Below, piece after piece: positions 9,900-20,106 of a stretch of 64,000 nucleotides of DNA. This DNA comes from a virus. Its lineage: Duplodnaviria > Heunggongvirae > Uroviricota > Caudoviricetes. The DNA lies in IMG/VR virus record IMGVR_UViG_2639762987_000002; one strand, given 5' to 3'. Every line of letters starts with the position of its first letter. The stretch's first letter is position 1. The notes beneath the pieces are model-generated. The model saw nothing but the letters and a program-made list of their open reading frames with translations, had not been told where the DNA came from and searched no databases. The position numbers were made by a program, and so were the translations under genes.

Positions 9900-10364
9900 T
9901 CACAGAGTTGTTGGCAGAATGTCGATGTCACCAGAATTGCTGGTGAACACCCTGAACGCTTTTGTGTCTCCATTCTTCAGAGTCGTTTCTCGCTCTTGAC
10001 GAGCGTGGTTTAGAGCACATAAACCTGCACCTTCAAGAGATGCACCCACAATTAATTCTCCGGCATTTAAATGGAAAGTCGCTTTTTCGCCTGTAGCCAG
10101 TTTTGCGACAGTTTCGCCGTTGATGAAAATGGAAGCATCACATCCAGCTCCTACAAAACCTGTGTCTCTCATTACCACCAACGTAGCTGGCGCTGCGCTT
10201 TGATACTTGAACACTTTGGCCTGCGGTGCTGGTTTGGCGTCATGGATTGATATTGGGCGTGATTGGCACGCGGTAAGCATCAACACTGGTAACGTTAGTA
10301 GAGGGAGAAGCGAGTATTTCATGATAGTTTTAGAACAGAAAGTGAACAGTATGGGAGACTTCAT
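9900..10364 (-). CDS. lipoprotein (154 aa)
   Basis: Lipobox LTAC after hydrophobic stretch LLPLLTLPVLM; strong RBS agggag before ATG at 10364. Confidence 0.6.
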   Translation of the reverse strand: MKSPILFTFCSKTIMKYSLLPLLTLPVLMLTACQSRPISIHDAKPAPQAKVFKYQSAAPATLVVMRDTGFVGAGCDASIFINGETVAKLATGEKATFHLNAGELIVGASLEGAGLCALNHARQERETTLKNGDTKAFRVFTSNSGDIDILPTTL

Positions 10365-10390
10365 CTTTGTCTCCCTAATTGATAGCGTGA

Positions 10391-10669
10391 TTATTTTAAT
10401 CTGCTTAATAGCGTTTCGAGATCTTCCTTTGTCATATTAGAGTTCTCATAGATACGCATGATTTTCTCACGAGTCTTAGCGGAAGCCCCGACAGAAGATA
10501 TAACCTTGTCAAAGTCGGCCATTGTCAATTGTTCCAGAATGGTATTTATGACTTCAGCCTTAGACATTTTGATATTTTTTTCTTTTAGTTTCACTTGAAA
10601 CTTTCCAAGTTTGTCATTGGCCTTATCAGACAATGCTACCTGACAATAAGTTGTTTTCTTTTCGCTCAT
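10391..10669 (-). CDS. hypothetical protein (92 aa)
   Basis: ORF directly downstream of the helicase gene. Confidence 0.5.
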   Translation of the reverse strand: MSEKKTTYCQVALSDKANDKLGKFQVKLKEKNIKMSKAEVINTILEQLTMADFDKVISSVGASAKTREKIMRIYENSNMTKEDLETLLSRLK

Positions 10670-10671
10670 AA

Positions 10672-12231
10672 CTAATCTCGTTTCAGAACTCCAAAATCGA
10701 ATGCTCCATCAATAGGCAATACACCTTCTGCAAAGCCAGGTGTGGTGTCGATGATGTGTTTTCGCTCATAAGAGTGAGACAACAGGTATTTGTTGCTAAT
10801 GTCAATGAAATCAGTGATAAAACACACGTTTGCCTGATTTTTTTTGGCTCGTAAGCCACGACCGACACGCTGCCTCATTTCAACTTCTGCTTTCCCACCA
10901 CCAGCAAGAATGACCGCACCAACGCTTGGCACATCAACACCGACATCCAGAATAGTCGAGCCTATTAAAACATCTATTTCTCCAGACGCTAAACTGTTCA
11001 GCTTTGCTTGCCTTGTCGCCTGGTTAGATTCCCCATAGATGAAGTCAACTCTAAGGCCGGACTCTTTCATCATTTCCATCAGGATTTGCCCGTGGCGTTT
11101 AAGACGAACCAGAGTCATACAATTGAGAGAATGTTGCTTATAGAGCAATGCTTCGCGAACAATGGCCTCGTTACGTCCCAAATTATACACGATCCCCAAC
11201 TGATAAGCCTTTTGGTAGGCGGTGCTCATACCAACTCTAAAATTGAGGTGTTTGTTGGCAAGTTCGGCCTTGATTCTGGCCTCGTCTGGCTTGTAGGCAA
11301 CTTTATGATAAAGAAAGTACGGCTTTGCCAGAATGCCTCGATCAATCAGGTACTTTTCTGTGACTTTAATTTCAATTCGCCCGGCCACCGCCATCAGGCG
11401 CATGTTGGCTTCCGTCGAATCCTTCATGAACGGCGTGGCTGTAAGCGCCAGACGATAGTCTGCGTTCACACATAATCTGGCGATGTCATAGAAATTTGAG
11501 CCTGAAGACTCATGCGCCTCTTCCAGAATAAGAAGAGAGACACTTGAAAGGAAGCGTTTCACCAACTCCCGACGTTTGAGGTGGTAGCTTTTCTTATCTG
11601 GTGTTGCATCGCGTGGTGGTTCTTCGAGGAAACTTGCAAGAGTTTGAACTGTAGCGACGTTGATATGTCGTGATACCTGGAACTCACCCGAGCCAATGAC
11701 TCCAACCTTTTGGTCTTTTAACCACGGTTCGCCATTTTCGGCGCGGTAGTCGATGGATCTCTGGAAGTTTTCGGCCATTTGAAACATCAGAACAGAGCGG
11801 GTTGTTAAAAATAATGTCATTCGACCGATACGTGCAGCTGCTTTGCAGGCAACGTTAGATTTCCCGCCACCAGTAGCGATCTGCGCAATCATCATTCCCT
11901 CTCGAACCAGTGTTTCCACAGTCTGATCCTGATACGCATAATCAGGATTGTATGGGAATGGGTTAACCGCAGGATTTGGTTTACCAAGCGCCGGGGCTTT
12001 GTCTTTGCGGATATGAACACATTTGATGCCCGCCTTGTTCAAGTTCGCCGCTACAGGCTTGGCAAAGCCAGCAGGGAACGAGTTTTTACTCCAGTTGAAC
12101 ATCGTGCTTGTGCCCTTCCAGTCGCCAGTCTCGACTTCGTAGCTCAACATCTGTTGCACCATTTGCTTTACCTTGTCATCTGCGCCAGAAATAAGCGCAT
12201 TAACTGCGTTAGATACAATCCGAACAGTCAT
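10672..12231 (-). CDS. superfamily 2 DNA helicase (519 aa)
   Basis: Walker A TGGGKSN, motif II LILEEAHE (DEAH-like), C-terminal helicase region QRVGRGLR. Confidence 0.8.
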   Translation of the reverse strand: MTVRIVSNAVNALISGADDKVKQMVQQMLSYEVETGDWKGTSTMFNWSKNSFPAGFAKPVAANLNKAGIKCVHIRKDKAPALGKPNPAVNPFPYNPDYAYQDQTVETLVREGMMIAQIATGGGKSNVACKAAARIGRMTLFLTTRSVLMFQMAENFQRSIDYRAENGEPWLKDQKVGVIGSGEFQVSRHINVATVQTLASFLEEPPRDATPDKKSYHLKRRELVKRFLSSVSLLILEEAHESSGSNFYDIARLCVNADYRLALTATPFMKDSTEANMRLMAVAGRIEIKVTEKYLIDRGILAKPYFLYHKVAYKPDEARIKAELANKHLNFRVGMSTAYQKAYQLGIVYNLGRNEAIVREALLYKQHSLNCMTLVRLKRHGQILMEMMKESGLRVDFIYGESNQATRQAKLNSLASGEIDVLIGSTILDVGVDVPSVGAVILAGGGKAEVEMRQRVGRGLRAKKNQANVCFITDFIDISNKYLLSHSYERKHIIDTTPGFAEGVLPIDGAFDFGVLKRD

Positions 12232-12313
12232 AAACCTCTTTCCTTAGTGCCTTTTGTATGTTATTTGGCTATTATAATAAGTAAGTGATTACTTAGTGGA
12301 TTGTAGCAATAAA

Positions 12314-12994
12314 ATGGATGTAAAAATCACGATTTTGCAGGTTGATGTTGCCAACCTTCGCCCGAATACCTGGAACACCAATTCGGTTGGTGCGCAGAAT
12401 TTTGAAAAACTGAAAGGTTCTATCGAAAAATTGGGCTTTTTTAAGCCAATTTTGGCTCGTGAACTTGAAGATGGATTTTTTGAAATCCTCGGCGGCGAAC
12501 ATCGCTGGCGTGCTGCTATTGAGCAAGGAATTTCAACGGTTCCGGTGCTTTCTGTGGGCAAAATTAGCGATGTCGTAGCTAAACAGATGTCACTGGTGGA
12601 CAACGAGCGATACGGTGAAGACGACCAAATCGCATTGCAACGCTTCATTGAAGAAATTCAGTCAGAACTTGACTATCAACTGTCTGAAATCGCCCCGTAT
12701 GACGACGAAATCTCGATGGTTTTAGCAAAAGAGGCGGCAATCGACCTTGAAGCACTGGAGGCGTTGTCTCGTGGTAGTGATGAGCCTGTCGATACCGACA
12801 AACGAGAGAAAACCGAACGTGTGGGTGCGGAACATCAGACCATGCGCTTCAAAGTAACTTTCGATGCGTCAGATCGTGTTGCAGAAACCATAAAAAACAT
12901 CATCAAAGAGCAGGCTATTAACACCGGTAATGAAATGGAGAACGCTGGTGAGGCTCTGGTGTGGCTGGTCGACTACTACAAGGAGCGTATGTAA
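12314..12994 (+). CDS. ParB-like nuclease-domain protein (226 aa)
   Basis: ILGGEHRWRAA matches the ParB/Srx-fold GxxR box; motif-2 palindrome at 12279-12296. Confidence 0.65.
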   Translation: MDVKITILQVDVANLRPNTWNTNSVGAQNFEKLKGSIEKLGFFKPILARELEDGFFEILGGEHRWRAAIEQGISTVPVLSVGKISDVVAKQMSLVDNERYGEDDQIALQRFIEEIQSELDYQLSEIAPYDDEISMVLAKEAAIDLEALEALSRGSDEPVDTDKREKTERVGAEHQTMRFKVTFDASDRVAETIKNIIKEQAINTGNEMENAGEALVWLVDYYKERM

Positions 12995-13662
12995 TGACCA
13001 AAAAGTTTGAAATCGTATATCGCGACCCGGCAGATCTTATTCCCTATGAGATGAATGCCAAAAAGCATGATGAACAGCAGATCCGAGATCTGGCCGCAGC
13101 CATTAAAAAGCGCGGATTTGACCAGCCAATTACGGTCGATAAGAACGACGTAATTATTACTGGCCACGGCCGCCGTGAGGCTGCAATTTTTGCTGGACTT
13201 GAGCGCGTACCGGTTATTGTTCGCGATGATCTCAGTGATGACGAGGTTCGTGCGAAGCGCCTTGAAGATAACCGACTTGCCAGCATTGATTACGATGCAA
13301 TTAAGCTACAGAAAGAGCTTGAGTCGCTCGTTCTGGACGATATCGAGGTTTTCGGCTTTGAAGAGCGTGAGTTGAATGTTCTCGTTGGCAGTATGACAGA
13401 AGAAATGGACACCGACTCGCTAGTTATCGATCTTGGCGAAGAAACTAAACGACAGAAGGATGAACACACCGAGATCAGTCGTGAAGTTGCAGCGGAAGAA
13501 GTACGTGTTGTCGACGTATTGGGCTTTAAAACGCTCCCTGCTGGCTCTGCCATTGTTGTTGGTGATTTGCTTGCCCACATGGAAGAAATGACGGGAGAAA
13601 GCGGGGTAGACGCATTTGTGGCATATGCGGAGAAGATCTCTTCCGGGGAGATGGCTGCATGA
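12994..13662 (+). CDS. ParB-like nuclease-domain protein, second copy (222 aa)
   Basis: ITGHGRREAAIFAG motif; start overlaps the previous stop (TAATG). Confidence 0.65.
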   Translation: MTKKFEIVYRDPADLIPYEMNAKKHDEQQIRDLAAAIKKRGFDQPITVDKNDVIITGHGRREAAIFAGLERVPVIVRDDLSDDEVRAKRLEDNRLASIDYDAIKLQKELESLVLDDIEVFGFEERELNVLVGSMTEEMDTDSLVIDLGEETKRQKDEHTEISREVAAEEVRVVDVLGFKTLPAGSAIVVGDLLAHMEEMTGESGVDAFVAYAEKISSGEMAA

Positions 13663-14324
13663 GCAAATACATCATCAACGTATCGTTTCAGACACGCGTA
13701 AATAAAACCACGCGCACGTTGGAAATCGCTGAGTCGTTCGGGCTTGGCCTGGACGAAAAAGAGTGGACGCTTTACGACAATCTGGAGCTGGAAGTGAAGC
13801 AGGGCGATGTGGTGTACATCACCGGCCAATCCGGTTCCGGCAAATCCGTTGTGCTGCGCGAGTTGCAACGACAGATGAAGGATGAAGGGCTGTCTGTAGC
13901 CTCCATCGATGATTTTACCTTCGATAATGAGGTTAACGTCATCGATCAGTTGGGCAAAACGACCAGTGATGCGCTTGGGTTGTTATCTATGGCTGGTCTG
14001 AACGATGCATATCTGTTTGTTCGCAAGCCTTCTGAAATGTCAGACGGCCAGAAATATCGTCTCAAGATTGCCAAACTGATTGAGTCAGGCGCTAAAGTGT
14101 GGGCTGCTGACGAGTTCGGCGCTGTTCTCGACCGTGTAACCGCTCAGGTTGTGGCGTCTAACCTCCAGCGTGCCGCGCGAAAGGTTGGTGCGACGGTAAT
14201 GGTGGCGACGACTCACGAAGACCTGAAGAACGCGCTGCGCCCGGATATGCAGATCACCAAGCACTACAAAGAACGCGTGAAGGTGGAATATCACAATGGT
14301 AGTCATGATGAGGTCCATTCATGA
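13659..14324 (+). CDS. ABC-type P-loop ATPase (221 aa)
   Basis: Walker A GQSGSGKS, signature-like SDGQKYRL, Walker B VWAADEF, H-loop ATTHED. Confidence 0.7.
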   Translation: MSKYIINVSFQTRVNKTTRTLEIAESFGLGLDEKEWTLYDNLELEVKQGDVVYITGQSGSGKSVVLRELQRQMKDEGLSVASIDDFTFDNEVNVIDQLGKTTSDALGLLSMAGLNDAYLFVRKPSEMSDGQKYRLKIAKLIESGAKVWAADEFGAVLDRVTAQVVASNLQRAARKVGATVMVATTHEDLKNALRPDMQITKHYKERVKVEYHNGSHDEVHS

Positions 14325-15211
14325 CGGACATCATCATTAAACGCTACCGCCCTGAAGAGTTTCCGCGTCATCTGGACTTTCTGGAGCGAATGACTGTTAC
14401 AAAGGGAACTGTAGAGGACTGGCACGCTCTTAAGTCGCTTCACTACAAAACAGACGGCAAACCTTTCGCGCCAACTTACTATCGCTGCGAACTTGATGAC
14501 CGTCTGGTGGGCGTCGTGGTTATGGCTTACCCGAAACTACTGTTGGCACCTCGCCACCGCATGTTTCCTAAGTTGAAACCAACCACTAATACCACCGTGG
14601 CTAACCAGTACTGGGGTCGGTACGTGAATAACAACTTTGCGGTGATCAGTCGCTCAGTTGTGGATACTCAGTATCGTGGCGTAGGCGTCTCTTATCGAAT
14701 GATTAACCTGGTTAGCAGGATGCATGACCGGCCAATCATTGAGATCCAGTCCTCGATGAGCAAATACAATCCCTTCGCCATGAAAGCAGGGTTTAAGTTC
14801 ATCCGCCCTGAGCGACCGAAGAGCTATGAAAGTGCACTGCGTGTATTCCAGCGCCATTTCCGTTCCGACCCGGGTGATAACGAGGCGATCGTCAAAGAGT
14901 TGTTCGCAATGAGCGAGTCTCGTCGTCGCCGTGCACTGCGTGATCTGGTGGCGGACTACCACAAGAACAGTTCCCTGGCAAAAGCTGGGCGGAATCGTGG
15001 CACGACGATTCAGGACATTGCCGACAGTCTGGTGGACGAGGCCAGCATTGTGAAGCTGCTCAAGGACATTCACAACCTGAGCTTTACGTCTCCGTTGTAT
15101 GGTGTGTACCGAAACCCTGACTTTGGCCGTCGACTGCCTGACACGCTGCCACTGCTGGCATTCGACAAACAACCTTTGGATAAACCGTTAGAAATTGCTT
15201 TACCGGCATAA
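14321..15211 (+). CDS. hypothetical protein with GNAT-like acetyltransferase motif (296 aa)
   Basis: RSVVDTQYRGVGVSYRMINLV resembles GNAT motif A; 4-nt overlap with the upstream ATPase gene. Confidence 0.45.
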   Translation: MTDIIIKRYRPEEFPRHLDFLERMTVTKGTVEDWHALKSLHYKTDGKPFAPTYYRCELDDRLVGVVVMAYPKLLLAPRHRMFPKLKPTTNTTVANQYWGRYVNNNFAVISRSVVDTQYRGVGVSYRMINLVSRMHDRPIIEIQSSMSKYNPFAMKAGFKFIRPERPKSYESALRVFQRHFRSDPGDNEAIVKELFAMSESRRRRALRDLVADYHKNSSLAKAGRNRGTTIQDIADSLVDEASIVKLLKDIHNLSFTSPLYGVYRNPDFGRRLPDTLPLLAFDKQPLDKPLEIALPA

Positions 15212-15220
15212 GGATTTGCC

Positions 15221-15487
15221 ATGACGTTAACCGACAAACAAAAGGACATCATCAAAACGCTCAATCTCGGTTATGAGCGAGGTCATCTACTTGATCTGGA
15301 CGAATTGCTTGAAGTTTTGCCGTACAAGACAACCAAGCAAAGTATCCAGTTCTCAATTCGCGCTCTGATAAAAAAGGGGCTGGTGGAGAAAGGGCATACG
15401 CGCCAACGCAGTGACAATCGCTATCACCGCCGGACTCTTGGGTTAACCACTTTAGGTCGAGCCAAAGCGAAGTTACTGGTGATGTAA
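15221..15487 (+). CDS. small basic putative DNA-binding protein (88 aa)
   Basis: ORF with RBS aagga; basic C-terminus. Confidence 0.5.
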   Translation: MTLTDKQKDIIKTLNLGYERGHLLDLDELLEVLPYKTTKQSIQFSIRALIKKGLVEKGHTRQRSDNRYHRRTLGLTTLGRAKAKLLVM

Positions 15488-15511
15488 TCGGTCTGGGAGC
15501 TTATTTAAAGA

Positions 15512-15567
15512 CCTGCTTCTGTATATATAAATAATAAGTAACTTATTAAATATATACGGAAGCAGGC
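15512..15567. repeat. 56-bp near-perfect palindrome, copy A
   Basis: cctgcttctgtatatataaataataagtaacttattaaatatatacggaagcagg; a second copy differing at one position lies at 47759-47813. Confidence 0.85.
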
Positions 15568-15682
15568 TTAGTAAGACATGCCAGACCTAATTAAACACCC
15601 CAGAAAACAAGTTGGTTAGCAGATGCAGTAAACAAGTTGTTTTAGAGCGCATGGACGCGCTCTGTGTGTTTTAGAGGGATCT

Positions 15683-16315
15683 ATGACGGTCGAAAAAGAC
15701 GAGGTAAAAACTCGCCTGACACCAGCGGAGTGGGCCGAAGCTGAAGCCAAATGGACGTCAGGCGAATATACACTCTCAAAGCTGGAGGAAGAGTACGGCA
15801 TTCGTCGTGAAACACTCTCCAGACATTTCAAAAAGCGAGGATTAGAGAAAGGCGCGGACTCTGTTGGGAAGATGGTTCGTGAGTCTCTTAAATCTGACGC
15901 AGAGCTTCGCGCTAAAGCCCGTGCGGAAAAGATAGAAGAACGTCGTACACGTTATGACGGCTGGGCGTATGCGTTGGGGCAGATGGTGATGGTCGAAGTC
16001 ACTACGGCCAAACGTGAGGGTAAGCCTTTAGGGGCGATTGAGGATTCTCTCAAGAGCTTACAGAGAGCCAGTAATACCCTTGCAAAATGCTTTGAAGTTT
16101 CGTCCAAAGCATTGGGCATGGATCATGCGGAAAATGACGAGGAAGAAATTCCGAACCTGGTATTTGGTGAGCTTACGCCTTCCCAGGTGGCGAAATTACG
16201 TCAGGAAGACGACGAGCCTGAAATCATCGATGACGAATTGCTTGAGACGTTGGAAGAAGAAGCTCTAAGCGAATTTGATGCGACAGATGATGGAAGTGAA
16301 GGGGAGGACGAATAA
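15683..16315 (+). CDS. terminase small subunit (210 aa)
   Basis: N-terminal HTH-like EYGIRRETLSRHFKKRG, acidic C-terminus, immediately upstream of the large terminase. Confidence 0.6.
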   Translation: MTVEKDEVKTRLTPAEWAEAEAKWTSGEYTLSKLEEEYGIRRETLSRHFKKRGLEKGADSVGKMVRESLKSDAELRAKARAEKIEERRTRYDGWAYALGQMVMVEVTTAKREGKPLGAIEDSLKSLQRASNTLAKCFEVSSKALGMDHAENDEEEIPNLVFGELTPSQVAKLRQEDDEPEIIDDELLETLEEEALSEFDATDDGSEGEDE

Positions 16316-17571
16316 TGGCAATCCCGTCCTCGCTCAGTCTTGTGCAACTGCATTCTGGACAGATGAAAGTCTTCCAGTCTCCGCATCGATTTAAAGTTGT
16401 TTGTGCTGGTCGACGCTGGGGAAAATCCCGGTTGTCGATCTCCACTATTATTCGTGCGGCGGCAAAGGAAAAAAAGCAAAGGGTCTGGTATGTCGCTCCT
16501 ACTTACCAGATGGCTCGCCAGATTTTGTGGGACGATCTACAGGAAGTTCTGCCTCGTAAGTGGGTTAGGAAAAAGAACGACACCACGATGACAATCGTGT
16601 TGAAGAACGGTTCGGAGATCGCCCTCAAAGGTGCTGATAAGCCTGACACTCTGCGCGGCGTAGCGTTGCATTTTGTAGTGCTTGATGAATTTCAGGATAT
16701 GAAGGCTGACACCTGGTACAAGGTGTTACGACCTACTCTTTCATCGACACGCGGCGGTGCACTGATCATTGGTACGCCAAAAGGCTTCTCGGAATTTCAC
16801 AAACTGTGGACTATAGGCCAGAACGTAGAGCTGCAAAGAAAGGGACAGTGGAAGAGCTGGCAGTTTGTAACTGCCGATTCTCCGTTTGTGCCTACGGCGG
16901 AAATTGAAGCTGCTAAGAACGATATGGACCCGAAATCGTTCGCTCAGGAGTACCTGGCGAGCTTTGAGAACATGTCCGGGCGCGTTTACTACCCGTTCGA
17001 TCGTAACGTGCATGTAAAACCGCTTCAGTTCAACCCTCGGTTGCCTATATGGGTAGGGCAGGACTTCAACATTGACCCGATGTCTTCAGTAATTTTGCAA
17101 CCTCAGCCAAATGGTGAGCTATGGGCAATTGATGAATTGGTGCTCTTTTCCTCTAACACGGCAGAGGTTTGTGATGAGCTTGAGAGACGCTTCTGGCGCT
17201 GGAAATCACAGATAACGGTATTTCCAGATCCGGCAGGTGCTTATCGCCAACATGCTCGCGGGGAGTCTGACGTCGACATATTCAAAGAGAAGGGATTCTT
17301 ACGTGTCGATTATTCGAAAAAGCACCCGCCAATTGCGGATCGTGTTAATGCTGTTAACCGAATGCTGATGACCGCATCTGGAGATATCCGGTTGTATATC
17401 GATCCGAAGTGCAAGCATTTGATTGATTCACTGGAAAAAGTCATCTACAAGCCTGGAACACGAGATATGGATAAGACAGGTGGCATTGAGCATAGTGCAG
17501 ACGCATTGGGCTATCCAGTACATCGTAGGTATCCAGTCAAAAACCGTGTTATTCTTGGTGGTTCTCGATAG
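16315..17571 (+). CDS. terminase large subunit (418 aa)
   Basis: Walker A-like VVCAGRRWGKS and Walker B VVLDEF; position before portal. Confidence 0.75.
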   Translation: MAIPSSLSLVQLHSGQMKVFQSPHRFKVVCAGRRWGKSRLSISTIIRAAAKEKKQRVWYVAPTYQMARQILWDDLQEVLPRKWVRKKNDTTMTIVLKNGSEIALKGADKPDTLRGVALHFVVLDEFQDMKADTWYKVLRPTLSSTRGGALIIGTPKGFSEFHKLWTIGQNVELQRKGQWKSWQFVTADSPFVPTAEIEAAKNDMDPKSFAQEYLASFENMSGRVYYPFDRNVHVKPLQFNPRLPIWVGQDFNIDPMSSVILQPQPNGELWAIDELVLFSSNTAEVCDELERRFWRWKSQITVFPDPAGAYRQHARGESDVDIFKEKGFLRVDYSKKHPPIADRVNAVNRMLMTASGDIRLYIDPKCKHLIDSLEKVIYKPGTRDMDKTGGIEHSADALGYPVHRRYPVKNRVILGGSR

Positions 17572-17597
17572 GTAAGTAATTATCTAAGGTTATTCAA

Positions 17598-19172
17598 ATG
17601 GAATTGAACGACAAACAAATTAAGGATCTGGTGGCGCGACGCCACCCGGAATACGAAAAGAAAAAAGAACATTGGGACTTCCTCGCCAGCACTTACGCTG
17701 GCGGGCGTGGTTGGTTTACAGACAATATCTTTCGTTACTTTAAAGAGGGAGATCAGGAGTTTAAGGAGCGAGTTGAGCGTGCTTATCGCTTCAACCACAC
17801 TCGTGAGGTGGTAAACCTCATCAACAAATATCTCTTTAAAGAAGACATTCATAGAAATATCGAAGAGGCACCAGAGCAGATCCGCAATTTCTGGAAACGT
17901 GCGACTCGCCAGAATGCCTCTATTGACTCATTTATGGCCGCTATTGATTTGCAGTCGTCTATTTACGGTCGCATATGGGTTGTTGTCGATAGCACGATGA
18001 GTGGTGATGTTGAGTCAGTAGCTGACGAGAAAAAGAAAGATGCTCGCGCCTACGCCTACTGGATTTCACCTCAGCAAATGCTGGATGTGGCATGGGACGA
18101 CGACGGGAATATGTTGTGGGCGTTAATTGTGGAAGTCGCTCGTGATGACGCAGATCCTTTTACTTCTACAGGTCAGGAATACCAACGTTATCGTCTGTGG
18201 ACACAAAACGAGTGGTATCTGTTCCGTGAGGAAGTGAAGAAGGGCGCTGGTGGAGCAGGTCGCCGTCAGGCTAAAGTTATTTTAGAGGATAGCGGTGAGC
18301 ATAATCTCGGCGTAGTTCCTGTGTTTCCTGTTGATTGTATTGGAGAAAGTGAATCACCGTATTTCAGCCCATCGTTGATCGATGATATCGCTTATCTTGA
18401 TCGTGCGGTTGCAAACTATCTGTCAAACCTTGATGCCATTATTCAGGATCAGACATTTAGCCAGTTGGCTATACCGGTACAGTCGCTTTTACCTGGTGAT
18501 GAAAACCACACTAAAGTGCTTGAAATGGGCACAAAGCGAGTCTTCACCTACGATTCTGAAGGTGGAAACCAGCCGTTTTATCTGTCACCAGACCCGAAAC
18601 AAGCTCAGATGATCATCACTACGATTAAGACGGTGATTAACGAAATCTACCATTCAGTTGGTGTAGCTGGTGAGCGAACGAAGCAGGACAACGCACAGGG
18701 AATCGATAATTCATCTGGTGCCGCAAAAATGTATGACTTCCAGCGTGTAAATAGCTTGCTTGTCACAAAAGCAGAGCGTCTGGAAAGGGCTGAACGCCAA
18801 ATCATGCTACTGGTTGCGAAATGGATGGGGGCAGATCTGGACGAAGACCACTCTTTAATTGCGTATCCAGAAAGTTTCGATATTCGTGGCCTTACTGATG
18901 AATTTTCTGTTGCCGAGAAACTGTCATTACTTCAGGCACCGGACTCTGTACGTCGTCACCAGATGGAAATGCTTATTGAGAAGATTTTCCCGAACATTAC
19001 TGAGGCGATGAAAAAGGAATTTGATAAAGATCTCTTGAATTTTCCTCCAAAAAATGATCTAAATACCCTTGAAAATAAGTCAGTACTTACTTATGATCGT
19101 GGTGCAGCCCAAGAAAGCGGGCAAGATCAACCCCGAGGGAATGGGGACTCATCTACTCAAGAGAACGAGTGA
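17598..19172 (+). CDS. portal protein (524 aa)
   Basis: Size and position between terminase and scaffold; motif-2 upstream. Confidence 0.65.
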   Translation: MELNDKQIKDLVARRHPEYEKKKEHWDFLASTYAGGRGWFTDNIFRYFKEGDQEFKERVERAYRFNHTREVVNLINKYLFKEDIHRNIEEAPEQIRNFWKRATRQNASIDSFMAAIDLQSSIYGRIWVVVDSTMSGDVESVADEKKKDARAYAYWISPQQMLDVAWDDDGNMLWALIVEVARDDADPFTSTGQEYQRYRLWTQNEWYLFREEVKKGAGGAGRRQAKVILEDSGEHNLGVVPVFPVDCIGESESPYFSPSLIDDIAYLDRAVANYLSNLDAIIQDQTFSQLAIPVQSLLPGDENHTKVLEMGTKRVFTYDSEGGNQPFYLSPDPKQAQMIITTIKTVINEIYHSVGVAGERTKQDNAQGIDNSSGAAKMYDFQRVNSLLVTKAERLERAERQIMLLVAKWMGADLDEDHSLIAYPESFDIRGLTDEFSVAEKLSLLQAPDSVRRHQMEMLIEKIFPNITEAMKKEFDKDLLNFPPKNDLNTLENKSVLTYDRGAAQESGQDQPRGNGDSSTQENE

Positions 19173-19193
19173 TAAGTAACAAAAGGAATTTTT

Positions 19194-20081
19194 ATGAATC
19201 TGTGGCAAATGCTTTTGGCCCGTCGTGGTCTGATGGATGTCGCTGAAGCGCATGAGCGTGGAGGCGCTGGCGGTGTAGCTGCTGATAATGAGCAGAGTAC
19301 ACAAGATCCTGACAAACAGGGTGAACAAAAAGAGCAGCCGAAGGGCGATGACGAATACGCTGGCATGACTCAGGAAGAGTTACTGGCCGAACTTCGTAAA
19401 ACCAAGAAAGCTGGTGCTGAACTGCTGAAGGAGAACATGAAGCGCAAAGAGAAAGAGCGCACATTGGCCGATCAGCTTGCTCAGTACGGTGATATCGATC
19501 CGGCTCGTGCTCGCCAGCTTTTAGAAGCTGAACAGGCCGCAGAAAACGCACGTCGTGAGGCGGAGCAAGCTGAACTGGAGCGTCGTGGTGAGTTCGATGC
19601 TGTTAAAAAACAGATGATCGAAGCACACCAGGCAGAGCTGGCACAGCGTGACGAACGTTATGCAGCACTGGAAAGTGAAAACGCATCACTGAAATCTCAA
19701 TTAGTCGAGATGACCGTGGGCGCTTCCTTCAGTAACTCTCTCTTCCTACGTGACAAAGTTCTGATGACCCCGGCAAAAGCCCGCGTGATCTACGGTTCTC
19801 ATTTTGAAGTGGGTGAAGACGGTAGCGTAGTGGGTTATGACAAACCGGCAGGTCATAAAGAACGAGCTGTTCTGGTTGACGGTGAAGGTAAGCCGTTGCC
19901 GTTTGAATCCGCGATTGAACGCATTGTGCGGGCAGATCCGGAAGCTGACGCATTGATGCGTAGCGAAGCCAAGCAGGGTGTAGGCTCACATTCCAAATCG
20001 ACCTACACAATATCCCAACCGAAGAACAAGTCGACTATGGATAAGTTGGCCTCCGGTCTGGGGAAAATTGGACTTAAGTAA
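19194..20081 (+). CDS. scaffolding protein (295 aa)
   Basis: Highly charged, predicted coiled-coil, directly upstream of the capsid gene. Confidence 0.6.
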   Translation: MNLWQMLLARRGLMDVAEAHERGGAGGVAADNEQSTQDPDKQGEQKEQPKGDDEYAGMTQEELLAELRKTKKAGAELLKENMKRKEKERTLADQLAQYGDIDPARARQLLEAEQAAENARREAEQAELERRGEFDAVKKQMIEAHQAELAQRDERYAALESENASLKSQLVEMTVGASFSNSLFLRDKVLMTPAKARVIYGSHFEVGEDGSVVGYDKPAGHKERAVLVDGEGKPLPFESAIERIVRADPEADALMRSEAKQGVGSHSKSTYTISQPKNKSTMDKLASGLGKIGLK

Positions 20082-20106
20082 CATCTAAATCAAAGGGAAT
20101 TGATAG

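Noticed and set aside
11008-11475. ORF 11008..11475 on the + strand
   Set aside because: Antisense to the helicase gene, which has clear Walker motifs in its own frame.
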